Source: an uncultured Eubacteriales bacterium
GTDB lineage: Bacteria; Acidobacteriota; Aminicenantia; Aminicenantales; UBA8522
Direction: 5' to 3'
Length of the DNA stretch: 64,000 nucleotides
Assembly (NCBI GenBank): GCA_964651495.1
Contig: CAZYWP010000002.1
Span: 13,035 to 77,034, forward strand
The translations under genes and the position numbers were made by a program. The notes under the pieces are model-generated. The model was not told the origin of the DNA. It searched no databases and saw only the letters and a program-made list of their open reading frames with translations. Within the stretch, counting starts at the first letter, position 1, and the number at the start of each line of letters is the position of its first letter. This document shows positions 16,831 through 25,634 of this stretch, piece by piece.

Positions 16831-17811
16831 GTGGAAAAAATTCGTCAGATCAAAACCGAAGAAGATGTGCTCCATCTGCTCCAGGTCGCGCTCGAGCACG
16901 AATGGGCCGTGAGCTTCGAATACACGATCCACGCCTATTCCATGCCGAAGGGGAAATTCTTTTATGATGACCCGATCATGAAGTTGCGCACCGACGCGCG
17001 CGCTCAAACCATCCAGATCGGGATCGATGAAATGTATCACTCCCTCCAGCTCGGCGTCATCATCAATCAGATGGGCGGCAACCCGTCGTTCAAGACCGAC
17101 GAAGTCATCCGCTATCCCAGGGTCCTTGACAACCTCAAGCGGGACAAGATGACCGAGGACCTCGTGACCAGCCTATATCAATCGGCCGAATGGCCGGAGG
17201 GCGCCTTTCCCAAAATCCAGAATATGATTCTTAACATCTCCTATGATGAGGTCCGCCATTCCCGGCAGTTCCAGGCCATGATCGAGACCCTGGAAAAATC
17301 GGGCGCCGCCGACGTGCTCTGTTTCAAGGAGAGCCCCGCCGCCGCGGCCCTGCCTGAAGTCCGGCTGCTCCACGAGATCACACGGCTGGAGAACGAGCTG
17401 ATGCATCGTTACCTTAGCTATGTGCTTCTCTTCAGCGGACACCAGGACCTCAGCCAGCGTCTGTTCAAGAACTCCATCAATCATATGAGGCACTGGGATA
17501 AAAACTCCGGCATTCTGGTCCGGCTGGGCAGCGTTATTCAGATCGAAAACGCCTCGGTCGAGCCGGACGGGGCGGAGACCAGCCGCAGCCCGATGCCGGC
17601 CCTGTATTCCGGAGAGGACCGCCTCTCGGCCCTGCAGGCCCTGATCCCGGCGGAAGAGAGCCTGGTCGCCAAGTACGATAAGCTCATCCCCCTCGTCCCC
17701 GCCGGCGAAATCCGCGACCAGCTCAGCCTGCAGCTCGGGTTCAAGCGAGAGCATCTCTTCACCCAGGAGTGGCTCCTGACGAACGCTCGCCGGATCAAGG
17801 GGCTCGAGTAA
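16831..17811 (+). CDS. Ferritin-like diiron-carboxylate protein, a putative O2-activating or oxidoreductase subunit.
   Basis: GTG start with a good ribosome-binding site. Four helix-borne carboxylate/His motifs are present (LEHEWAVSFEY, IDEMYH, YDEVRH, ENELMHRY), giving an E...ExxH x2 pattern. The flavin reductase gene starts 4 nt after its stop. Confidence 0.55.
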   Translation: MEKIRQIKTEEDVLHLLQVALEHEWAVSFEYTIHAYSMPKGKFFYDDPIMKLRTDARAQTIQIGIDEMYHSLQLGVIINQMGGNPSFKTDEVIRYPRVLDNLKRDKMTEDLVTSLYQSAEWPEGAFPKIQNMILNISYDEVRHSRQFQAMIETLEKSGAADVLCFKESPAAAALPEVRLLHEITRLENELMHRYLSYVLLFSGHQDLSQRLFKNSINHMRHWDKNSGILVRLGSVIQIENASVEPDGAETSRSPMPALYSGEDRLSALQALIPAEESLVAKYDKLIPLVPAGEIRDQLSLQLGFKREHLFTQEWLLTNARRIKGLE

Positions 17812-17815
17812 GAAT

Positions 17816-18376
17816 ATGAAATCCGTCAAAACCCGGTTCAAGAACTTCCAGTATTTTTATCCCTACACCGTGGCTCTGGTCGGCGCCCGGGTAGAGAAAC
17901 AGGTCAATTTCATGAGCTGCGCCTGGCACACAGCCTTGTCCTTCGATCCGCCGCTGTTCGGCATCCTTATCGCCAGGAAGCGTTTTACCCACGGGATCAT
18001 CTCCGCGGCGCGGGAGTTCACCGTCAATTTCATCGGCTACGAGAAAATCAAGCTCTCCGCCCAGATGGGCCGTCGGTCCGGCCAGGATATCAACAAGATC
18101 GCCGAATTCGGAGTCCGGCTCATCCCTCCGAGAATCATTCGTTCGCCTCTTCTCGAGGACGCCTATGTCGCCTTCGAATGCCGGCTGGCCGAAATCCGCC
18201 CCTACGGAGATCACGACCTTTTTGTCGGAGAAGTGCTGGCTATCCACGAAGACCCACACACCTTCAGCGCCGAGGGCCTCCTCAATCCGGTCAAGGTGCG
18301 CCCTCTCCTCTATCTGGGAAGCGATTTTTATGTCACCATCGACCCGGACACGCTGAAGCACGTTGTTCCCGATTGA
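17816..18376 (+). CDS. Flavin reductase-like (FMN-binding split-barrel) protein.
   Basis: YPYTVALVGARVEKQVNFMSCAWHTALSFDPPLFGILIA... is typical of the PF01613-type flavin reductase domain. Confidence 0.75.
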   Translation: MKSVKTRFKNFQYFYPYTVALVGARVEKQVNFMSCAWHTALSFDPPLFGILIARKRFTHGIISAAREFTVNFIGYEKIKLSAQMGRRSGQDINKIAEFGVRLIPPRIIRSPLLEDAYVAFECRLAEIRPYGDHDLFVGEVLAIHEDPHTFSAEGLLNPVKVRPLLYLGSDFYVTIDPDTLKHVVPD

Positions 18377-18532
18377 CGGGCGGGATATCTTCCCCGGGAC
18401 TCGCCACAGGGAGCCGTTTCTCGGAGAGGCCGGGCCCAGACCGGAGGGCGCGACCACTTCAAGATCTTCGAGAGGAATGTCAATTCGGCCTTTCTTTTTG
18501 CCCATCGTTTCAATATAATAGGCGGGAGTTCG

Positions 18533-19450
18533 ATGTCCACGGTCCTCGCAATCGACAACCTTCACAAATCCTTCAAGGTGGGTTTCATTCCCCAGCGGCG
18601 CGAGATCCTCAGGGGGATCTCCCTGGCTGTCGCGGGAGGAGATATATTCGGCTATCTCGGGCCGAACGGAGCCGGGAAGACGACGACCTTGAAATGCGTG
18701 CTCGGTCTCATCTTCCCGGACCACGGCAGAATCGAGCTCTTCGGCCATCCACACCTTTCCCCTACGGCCAAGGAGCGGGTCGGCTACCTTCCGGAAAACC
18801 CTTATTTTTATGATTATCTTACGGCCTCCGAGTTCCTGGATTTCTACGGCCAGCTATTCGCCCTGAAGGGCCGGGCCAAGGAGGACAAGATCGATTATCT
18901 TCTCCACCTGGTCGGCCTGGAGCGGGCGCGGAACCTGCAACTCCGCAAGTTCTCCCGTGGCATGCTGCAGAGGATCGGCCTGGCCCAGGCGTTGATCAAC
19001 GACCCCGACCTCTTATTCCTCGACGAACCGCTGGGCGGCCTCGATCCCCTGGGAAGAAAGGAGATCCGCGATGTCATCGTCCGGCTCAAGCAGGAGGGAA
19101 AGACCGTCTTCCTCTGCTCCCACATCCTCCAGGACATCGAGATGATCTGCGACCGTGTGGCCATCATCGTCGGCGGCCGGGTCATCAGCCAGGGCGCCCT
19201 GCCGGAGCTGATCTCGGAAAAGATCCTGTTCGCCGAGGTCACGCTCTCCGGCCTGGCTCCCGGCGACGTCGAGGGACTGGGCGAGGTGGTCTCAACCCGG
19301 GGGGATAAAATCCTGCTTAAGATCTTCCAGGAGGAAAATATCGACGGCCTGGTCGCCTGCGTCCAGGAGAAGAAAGGCCGGATTCACTCCCTCGTCCCCC
19401 GGACGGAAACGCTCGAGGATATCTTCGTGGAGATGGTCAAACAGGGATGA
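18533..19450 (+). CDS. ABC transporter ATP-binding protein (ABC-2 exporter type).
   Basis: Walker A GPNGAGKTT, signature FSRGMLQRIGLAQAL and Walker B LLFLDEPLGGLD. An ATGA overlap joins it to the downstream permease. Confidence 0.85.
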   Translation: MSTVLAIDNLHKSFKVGFIPQRREILRGISLAVAGGDIFGYLGPNGAGKTTTLKCVLGLIFPDHGRIELFGHPHLSPTAKERVGYLPENPYFYDYLTASEFLDFYGQLFALKGRAKEDKIDYLLHLVGLERARNLQLRKFSRGMLQRIGLAQALINDPDLLFLDEPLGGLDPLGRKEIRDVIVRLKQEGKTVFLCSHILQDIEMICDRVAIIVGGRVISQGALPELISEKILFAEVTLSGLAPGDVEGLGEVVSTRGDKILLKIFQEENIDGLVACVQEKKGRIHSLVPRTETLEDIFVEMVKQG

Positions 19451-20211
19451 AAATTAAAACCATCGCTCTCAACACCCTCAAAGAGGCCATCCGCGACCGC
19501 GTTCTCTACCTTCTCTTCTTTTTCGCCGCCGTCTCGCTCGTCTCGTCCCGGCTGCTCGCCCTGCTCACCGTGGGCGACCGGGTCAAGATCATCAAGGACG
19601 TCGGGCTGGCCTCGATCTCGATATTCGGCATGCTCATGGCCATCCTGATTGGCACGGGCCTGGTCTACAAAGAGATCGATAAGAAGACGATCTTCACCCT
19701 CCTTTCCAAGCCTATCCAGCGATGGCAATTCCTGGTGGGGAAATTCTTCGGCCTGGTCCTGACTTTATTTATCCTGACCGCCCTGATGAGCCTGATCTTC
19801 CTCGTCATCCTCTTCCTCCATACCTTCCACGTCGAAGGCCGGCTTCTTCTGGCCATCCTCTTCATCTTCATCGAGCTCGTCCTGATCACGGCGGTGGCCA
19901 TCCTGTTCTCCTGCTTCTCGACGCCGATCCTGAGCTCGATCTTTGCGCTGTCGTTTTATGTCATCGGGCACTTTTCCTGGGGACTCGAACCCCTCATCCG
20001 CCGGGCCCCGCCGGGGGCGGCCAGGACAGCGCTCCAGGTCCTCTACACTCTTCTGCCCGACCTAGAGAATTTTAACTTCAAGACCGAGGTGGTCCACGGT
20101 CTCACCGTCGCGCCCAAATATTACCTGTTCTCCGCCCTTTACGGGCTCGCCTATACTCTTTTTGTGCTGGTGCTGGCCGTCCTCGTCTTTAAAAAGCGGG
20201 ATTTCGTCTGA
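19447..20211 (+). CDS. ABC-2 family transporter permease.
   Basis: Six predicted transmembrane segments; coupled to the ATPase by overlapping stop and start. Confidence 0.7.
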   Translation: MKIKTIALNTLKEAIRDRVLYLLFFFAAVSLVSSRLLALLTVGDRVKIIKDVGLASISIFGMLMAILIGTGLVYKEIDKKTIFTLLSKPIQRWQFLVGKFFGLVLTLFILTALMSLIFLVILFLHTFHVEGRLLLAILFIFIELVLITAVAILFSCFSTPILSSIFALSFYVIGHFSWGLEPLIRRAPPGAARTALQVLYTLLPDLENFNFKTEVVHGLTVAPKYYLFSALYGLAYTLFVLVLAVLVFKKRDFV

Positions 20212-20216
20212 GTCTG

Positions 20217-21086
20217 ATGAACATCGTGCGGCGCCGGAACAGAGGATTCGCCACCTTAACATTAGTCCTTTTCCTTTTTATGTCCTGCGCCGGGTTCGCC
20301 GGGCTCAAGCTGGCGATCGAGAAGATCCCGCGGAAAAAAATCCCGGGGGCCTCCGTAATCTACATCCCATCAGGCAAATACCTGAAGTACGCCACCCTCG
20401 GATACTCTTCTATCGTCGCCGACTTGATCTACATCTGGGCCATCCAGTATTACAGCACTTACACCATCGTCGACCGGTTCCAGAACCTGATGCACATTTT
20501 CTCGGTCATCGCCGAGCTCGACCCGCGTTACACGGACCCTTATGAAATCGGCGCCCTCATCGCCGCCCACGAGGCTAAAGACCTTGCCCTCGCCTATCAG
20601 ATCCTGGACCTCGGGCTGGCCAAGAACCCGGACCAATGGCTCTTTCCCTTTCAGGCGGGGCATTACGCCCAGCTGGCCAAGGACTTTGAAACGGCCAGAA
20701 AATACTTCGAAAAGACGATGAAAATCCCGGGAGCCCCGGATTTCGTCAAACGGCTTTACGCCGCAGCCTCTTATAAGATCATGGACTACAAGACGGCCTG
20801 GGAGACCTGGCTCGAGGTCTATAACACGGCTCCGGATGCGCGGACCAAGAAGATCGCCTCTAACCATCTGTACCGGGTTAAAGCCACCACAGACATCGAC
20901 CTCATCAAGGAGGCCATAGAGAAATTCAGGGGACGGTTCAACCGCCCGCCCGGGGCTCTTGCCGAGCTCGTCGAAAGGCGGCTCATGGCCTCTTTGCCCC
21001 AGGACATGGACGGCAAAGACTACGTCTACGATCCCAAGACAGGAGCGGTCGAAGCGCCGACCATCTGGTGGAAAAGGTCATCGTAA
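20217..21086 (+). CDS. Membrane-anchored helical-repeat (TPR-like) hypothetical protein.
   Basis: An N-terminal transmembrane segment and a mostly alpha-helical repeat-like body. Its 3' end overlaps the pilD start by 19 nt. Confidence 0.45.
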   Translation: MNIVRRRNRGFATLTLVLFLFMSCAGFAGLKLAIEKIPRKKIPGASVIYIPSGKYLKYATLGYSSIVADLIYIWAIQYYSTYTIVDRFQNLMHIFSVIAELDPRYTDPYEIGALIAAHEAKDLALAYQILDLGLAKNPDQWLFPFQAGHYAQLAKDFETARKYFEKTMKIPGAPDFVKRLYAAASYKIMDYKTAWETWLEVYNTAPDARTKKIASNHLYRVKATTDIDLIKEAIEKFRGRFNRPPGALAELVERRLMASLPQDMDGKDYVYDPKTGAVEAPTIWWKRSS

Positions 21087-21832
21087 TTCTGTTCGGGCTG
21101 GCCTGGGGGAGCTTCCTCAACGTAGTCATCTACCGCCTTCCGGCAGGGATCAGCCTGATGCGGCCGGCCTCCTCCTGTCCGCGCTGCAAAACAAGGATTA
21201 AGCCCTACGATAACATCCCGGTCCTCTCCTACCTTATGTTGCGGGGCCGCTGCCGCTCCTGCAGCGCGGGCATCCCTCTCACCTATCCAGTCGTCGAGAT
21301 CTTGACGGCACTGTGCTTTCTTCTGCTTTTCGCAGAATTCTCGTTCAGCGTTCATTTCTTCGCCTCGTGCCTGTTCACGAGCGCCCTGATCGCGCTGGGG
21401 ATGATCGATTTTTTTCACCAGATCCTCCCCGACGAAATCACGCTGCCGGGCCTAGCGCTGGCCCTGATTTATTCGCTTTTCCGCCCGGACCTCAGCCTGA
21501 GACGGGCCCTTGTCGGCGCGGTGGCCGGAGCCGGGTTCCTGCTCATCATCTACGGCCTCTATTTTCTGCTGCGGAAAAAGGAAGGTCTAGGATTGGGCGA
21601 CATGACCATGATGCTCATGGTCGGGGCCTACCTGGGCTGGTACAAGGCCTTCCTCACCCTGATCCTGGCCTCCTTCGCGGGAGCCCTGGTGGGGGCTTTT
21701 CTTCTCTTCGTCCGGAAGAAAGGCCTTCAGTACGCCCTGCCCTTCGGGACATTCCTGGCCCCGGCCGCTTTTTTTTCTCTGCTCTGGGGCGAGCGGATCG
21801 TCCAGGCTTATCTCGGCCTTTATCAGAGATGA
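21068..21832 (+). CDS. pilD: Prepilin peptidase (A24 family, type IV leader peptidase / N-methyltransferase).
   Basis: N-terminus LAWGSFLNVVIYRLP with a zinc-binding CPRC...C..C tetrad. The catalytic region reads DFFHQILPDE...GLGLGDMTMML. Confidence 0.8.
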   Translation: MEKVIVILFGLAWGSFLNVVIYRLPAGISLMRPASSCPRCKTRIKPYDNIPVLSYLMLRGRCRSCSAGIPLTYPVVEILTALCFLLLFAEFSFSVHFFASCLFTSALIALGMIDFFHQILPDEITLPGLALALIYSLFRPDLSLRRALVGAVAGAGFLLIIYGLYFLLRKKEGLGLGDMTMMLMVGAYLGWYKAFLTLILASFAGALVGAFLLFVRKKGLQYALPFGTFLAPAAFFSLLWGERIVQAYLGLYQR

Positions 21833-21879
21833 CAACAGGGAAGGTCCGGGACCATCCCAATTGAATTTCGCCTCTTAGT

Positions 21880-23730
21880 GTGATATTTCACTTAGGACAG
21901 GTTGAGTCGATGCCGGAGGAAAAACCCGAGAGCCGAAGGCCGGTCTTCATCGCCATACTCCTAATTTTTTTCTTTGCCCTGGGGTTTTCTCTGTCCATCA
22001 ACCTTCCCGTTATCCACGACAATTTCCTCTTCGCCGACCAGGCGGTTTATTACGCCCTGACCCAGAGCATCGCCCACGACGGCGACCTCGAGTACACCAA
22101 AAAAGACCTGATCCGTTATTATCATGATTTTGCTGCAGGCCCGCAGGGCATTTTTCTGAAAAAGGTCAAGACCGGAAAAATTTACTACGCCAAATCCTGG
22201 GCCTACCCGCTGTTCGCCGCCCCCTTCGTCCGGGTCTTCGGCGCCAACGGCTTCTTCGTTTTCCACTCTTTTCTTCTGCTCCTCATCCTCCTGATGGGAC
22301 GGTCCTATCTTGCTTCTGCCAACGGCCCCATCCGGTCCCTGTTCTACGTTTTCTCTTTTCTTTTTGCCTCGGTGGCGGCGGTTTATTTCCTCTGGATATC
22401 GCCGGATTTTTTCAACTTCTGCCTGGTCTTCGCCGTTCTTTTCCTCTGGGTATATAAGATCAGGCGCGGGGAGCGGGCGGCGGGCGATCCCGCCGGCTGC
22501 CCCGGCCCGCCGTCGTTCCTCGGCTCTCCCCGGACAGACTACCTGGCCGCGTTCCTCGCCGGCATCGCCGTTTTCTCCAAGCCGCCGAACATCGTCCTGA
22601 TGGGACCGCTCGTCTTTTATGCCCTGTTCCAGAAAAAAATCGGGAAGGCGCTGCTCCTGAGCTCGATCTTCCTTCTGACCCTGATTCTTCTTTTCGGGAC
22701 AAACTATCTTCTCACCTCGGAATGGAACTACCAGGGGGGCGAGCGCAAGTCCTTTATCGGCGCGTTCCCGCTGGAAAAGGACAGCGCCACCTTCGATTCC
22801 CTCGGGGACGTCATGACTTCGGAAAACTATTTCCAGCGCTTCCTCCTGCCACCCAAGTTCATCCTCTACAATATTTATTACTATTTCTTCGGCCGGTTCA
22901 CCGGCATCGCCTGGTATTTTTTCCCCGCCCTCCTGGCCCTAGGCCTGTTTTTCACGACTCGGCGACGTTTCCCCGACTGGCTTGTCCTGGCCGCCCTGGC
23001 GGCCGGGATTCTCATCTACATCGTCCTCATGCCCGACAACTACGGCGGGGGCGGGGGCACCCTGGCCAACCGGTATTTCCTCAACATCTATCCCTTCTTC
23101 TTTTTCCTGCCGGGAGTGAAAAAGGCCTGGCGGCAGATCGTCCTCATCTGGATGATGGCGGCGTTGTTCATCTCCCCCATCCTGGTCAGCCCTTTCCGCT
23201 CATCGGCCCAGCCCGCCACTCATGCCAAGCGCTTCCCCTTCAAAGCCCTGCCGGTGGAGATGACCCAGGTCAACAACTTCCCCACCAACACCAACCCGGA
23301 GGCATTCCGCGTGCATATCTGGCCGGAAAAGCCCCAGCCGCAGCGGGAGTTCATTCATTTCCTGGATGACAACTTCTACAAAAAGCTCGAGCCGACCGGC
23401 ATTTGGACCAGGGGGGACAAAACGTGCGAGCTGATCCTAAAAACGTATTATCCCCTGCGCGAGATCGGAGTCCGCCTGCTGAACAATCCCCGCGCCAACA
23501 ACAGGATCAGCGTCAGGGTCGAGGGGAAAACCCGCAAAATTGTCCTGCAGCCGAGACAACGGGGAACCCTGCGTTTTTCCGTCGGAAACGGGTTCCGGGT
23601 CGAAAGCCGGTACCACTACCGCATCAAAATCAGGGCTGAGAAAGGCTCCATCCCCTATTATGAAGATCCCTCCAGCCTGGAGAGAAGATATCTCGGCGTC
23701 TTCTTCGAGCTGGAGCTCGTCCCGAAATAA
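21880..23730 (+). CDS. Polytopic membrane glycosyltransferase-like protein (GT39/ArnT/PMT-like fold) with a C-terminal beta-rich domain.
   Basis: GTG start; at least 10 transmembrane segments. The first periplasmic loop contains a D-G-D motif (AHDGDLEYTKKD). A C-terminal soluble domain of about 150 aa follows. The family assignment is tentative. Confidence 0.5.
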   Translation: MIFHLGQVESMPEEKPESRRPVFIAILLIFFFALGFSLSINLPVIHDNFLFADQAVYYALTQSIAHDGDLEYTKKDLIRYYHDFAAGPQGIFLKKVKTGKIYYAKSWAYPLFAAPFVRVFGANGFFVFHSFLLLLILLMGRSYLASANGPIRSLFYVFSFLFASVAAVYFLWISPDFFNFCLVFAVLFLWVYKIRRGERAAGDPAGCPGPPSFLGSPRTDYLAAFLAGIAVFSKPPNIVLMGPLVFYALFQKKIGKALLLSSIFLLTLILLFGTNYLLTSEWNYQGGERKSFIGAFPLEKDSATFDSLGDVMTSENYFQRFLLPPKFILYNIYYYFFGRFTGIAWYFFPALLALGLFFTTRRRFPDWLVLAALAAGILIYIVLMPDNYGGGGGTLANRYFLNIYPFFFFLPGVKKAWRQIVLIWMMAALFISPILVSPFRSSAQPATHAKRFPFKALPVEMTQVNNFPTNTNPEAFRVHIWPEKPQPQREFIHFLDDNFYKKLEPTGIWTRGDKTCELILKTYYPLREIGVRLLNNPRANNRISVRVEGKTRKIVLQPRQRGTLRFSVGNGFRVESRYHYRIKIRAEKGSIPYYEDPSSLERRYLGVFFELELVPK

Positions 23731-23732
23731 GA

Positions 23733-25634
23733 ATGTGCGGCATCTGCGGTGTGGCCAGACCGTCTTCGGCTGAAACCGAACCGATCACCTCTTCCCTCCT
23801 CACGGCCATGTGCCGGACCATCATCCACCGCGGCCCGGACGACGAAGGCATATACCTGGGCGGAGAGGCCGGCCTGGGCGCGCGGCGTCTCAGCATCATC
23901 GACCTGGCTGGCGGCCACCAGCCTCTCTCCAACGAAGACGGCAGCATCTGGGTCGCCCACAACGGCGAAATCTATAATTTTCCGGAGCTGCGGGAAGAAC
24001 TCGCGGCCAAAGGCCACCGGTTCAAGACCAGGAGCGACACAGAGACGATCGTCCACAGCTATGAGGAATGGGGGGAGGAATTCGTCCATAGGCTGCGGGG
24101 AATGTTCGCCTTCGCCGTCTGGGAGGAAAAAGAAAGGCGGCTCCTGCTGGTGCGTGACCGGCTCGGGGTCAAGCCTCTCTACTACACCCTTCTCGATGAT
24201 CGGACCCTCGTTTTTGGCTCGGAGCTGAAGGCCATCCTCGTCCACCCGCGAGTCCGACGCGTCCTCGACCCCAGGGCGCTGGACTTTTTCCTGACCCTGG
24301 AATACATCCCGGCTCCGCTCAGCATTTTTAAGAATATCCATAAACTCCCGGCCGGAAGCATGCTGGTCTATAAAGAAGGCCGAGTGGAGGTCAAAAAGTA
24401 CTGGGATGTAGAGCCCGCCGCCGAAAAAGCCGAACCGCGGAAGGAGGACCTGCCATCCATCATGGACCGGCTGTATTCCCTGCTCAAGGAATCGGTTAAG
24501 CTGAGGCTGGTCAGCGATGTTCCCCTCGGCGCCTTCCTCAGCGGCGGGATCGATTCCTCCACCATCGTCGGGCTGATGCGGGAGCTCGGGGCGTCCCCGC
24601 TGAAGACATTCTCCATCGGGTTCGAGGAAGATTCCTACAACGAGCTCTCCTACGCCCGCCGCGTCGCCGATCGATTCGCCACCGAGCACGAGGAGTTTGT
24701 CATCCAACCCCGGGTCCTGGAGCTCACCGAAAAGCTTATCCGCCATCTCGACGAACCCTTCGGCGACTTCTCCATCTTCCCCACCTATTTGGTCTCGCAG
24801 CTGGCCCGCTCCCGAGTTAAGGTTATCCTTTCGGGAGACGGAGGGGATGAGGTCTTCGGAGGCTATGAACATTATCAAGCCCAGAAGATCGCTGCCCGCT
24901 GGCCCGTCCGGACGCTCGGACGGCCCCTCGCGGCGCTGCTCAACCGGTTTCCGCCCTCGAGGAAGAAAAAGGGCTCCTGGAACAAGCTGCAGCGCTTTCT
25001 CCAGGGACTGGAGTCCCGGCCGGAAAACCGCCACCTCCGCTGGATGATCTTCTTATCCCGGCAGGATAAGGGCCGACTCTACTCCCCCGACCTCGAGCGG
25101 CAGCTGGGAGGAATCGACGAAATCTTCGCCACACCGCCGTTCCGGGAAATCTTTGCCCGGCTTCCGGCCTTCGACCCGGTGACGGGCGAGCTCTACCTCG
25201 ACCTCAAAACTTACCTGGCCGACGACATCATGGTCAAGGTGGACCGGATGAGCATGGCCCCCTCCCTGGAGGCCCGGGAGCCGCTCCTCGACCACAAGCT
25301 CATCGAGTTCGTTTTCTCCCTGCCGGGGTCACTGAAGTTGCGGGGCCTGCAGACGAAATGGATTTTCAAGAAGACCATGGAACGGCTCCTGCCGCGGGAG
25401 TCCCTCTACCGCCCCAAGGAAGGCTTCAGCATCCCGATCAAGCACTGGCTGCGCCGGGAGCTGCGGGACCTGCTGCTCGACACCCTGAGCGAGCGGAGGA
25501 TCAAGGAGGCGGGGCTGTTCGATTTCGTCTCGATCCGGCGGATGATCGACGCCCACCTCGACGGCCGGAAGAACTTCAGCCATCAGCTCTGGGCTCTGCT
25601 CGTGTTCGAGATCTGGAAAGAGAATTACCTCTGA
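23733..25634 (+). CDS. asnB: Asparagine synthase (glutamine-hydrolysing), AsnB family.
   Basis: An MCGICG N-terminal glutamine-amidotransferase nucleophile and the PP-loop SGGIDSS. The protein is 633 aa. Confidence 0.85.
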   Translation: MCGICGVARPSSAETEPITSSLLTAMCRTIIHRGPDDEGIYLGGEAGLGARRLSIIDLAGGHQPLSNEDGSIWVAHNGEIYNFPELREELAAKGHRFKTRSDTETIVHSYEEWGEEFVHRLRGMFAFAVWEEKERRLLLVRDRLGVKPLYYTLLDDRTLVFGSELKAILVHPRVRRVLDPRALDFFLTLEYIPAPLSIFKNIHKLPAGSMLVYKEGRVEVKKYWDVEPAAEKAEPRKEDLPSIMDRLYSLLKESVKLRLVSDVPLGAFLSGGIDSSTIVGLMRELGASPLKTFSIGFEEDSYNELSYARRVADRFATEHEEFVIQPRVLELTEKLIRHLDEPFGDFSIFPTYLVSQLARSRVKVILSGDGGDEVFGGYEHYQAQKIAARWPVRTLGRPLAALLNRFPPSRKKKGSWNKLQRFLQGLESRPENRHLRWMIFLSRQDKGRLYSPDLERQLGGIDEIFATPPFREIFARLPAFDPVTGELYLDLKTYLADDIMVKVDRMSMAPSLEAREPLLDHKLIEFVFSLPGSLKLRGLQTKWIFKKTMERLLPRESLYRPKEGFSIPIKHWLRRELRDLLLDTLSERRIKEAGLFDFVSIRRMIDAHLDGRKNFSHQLWALLVFEIWKENYL

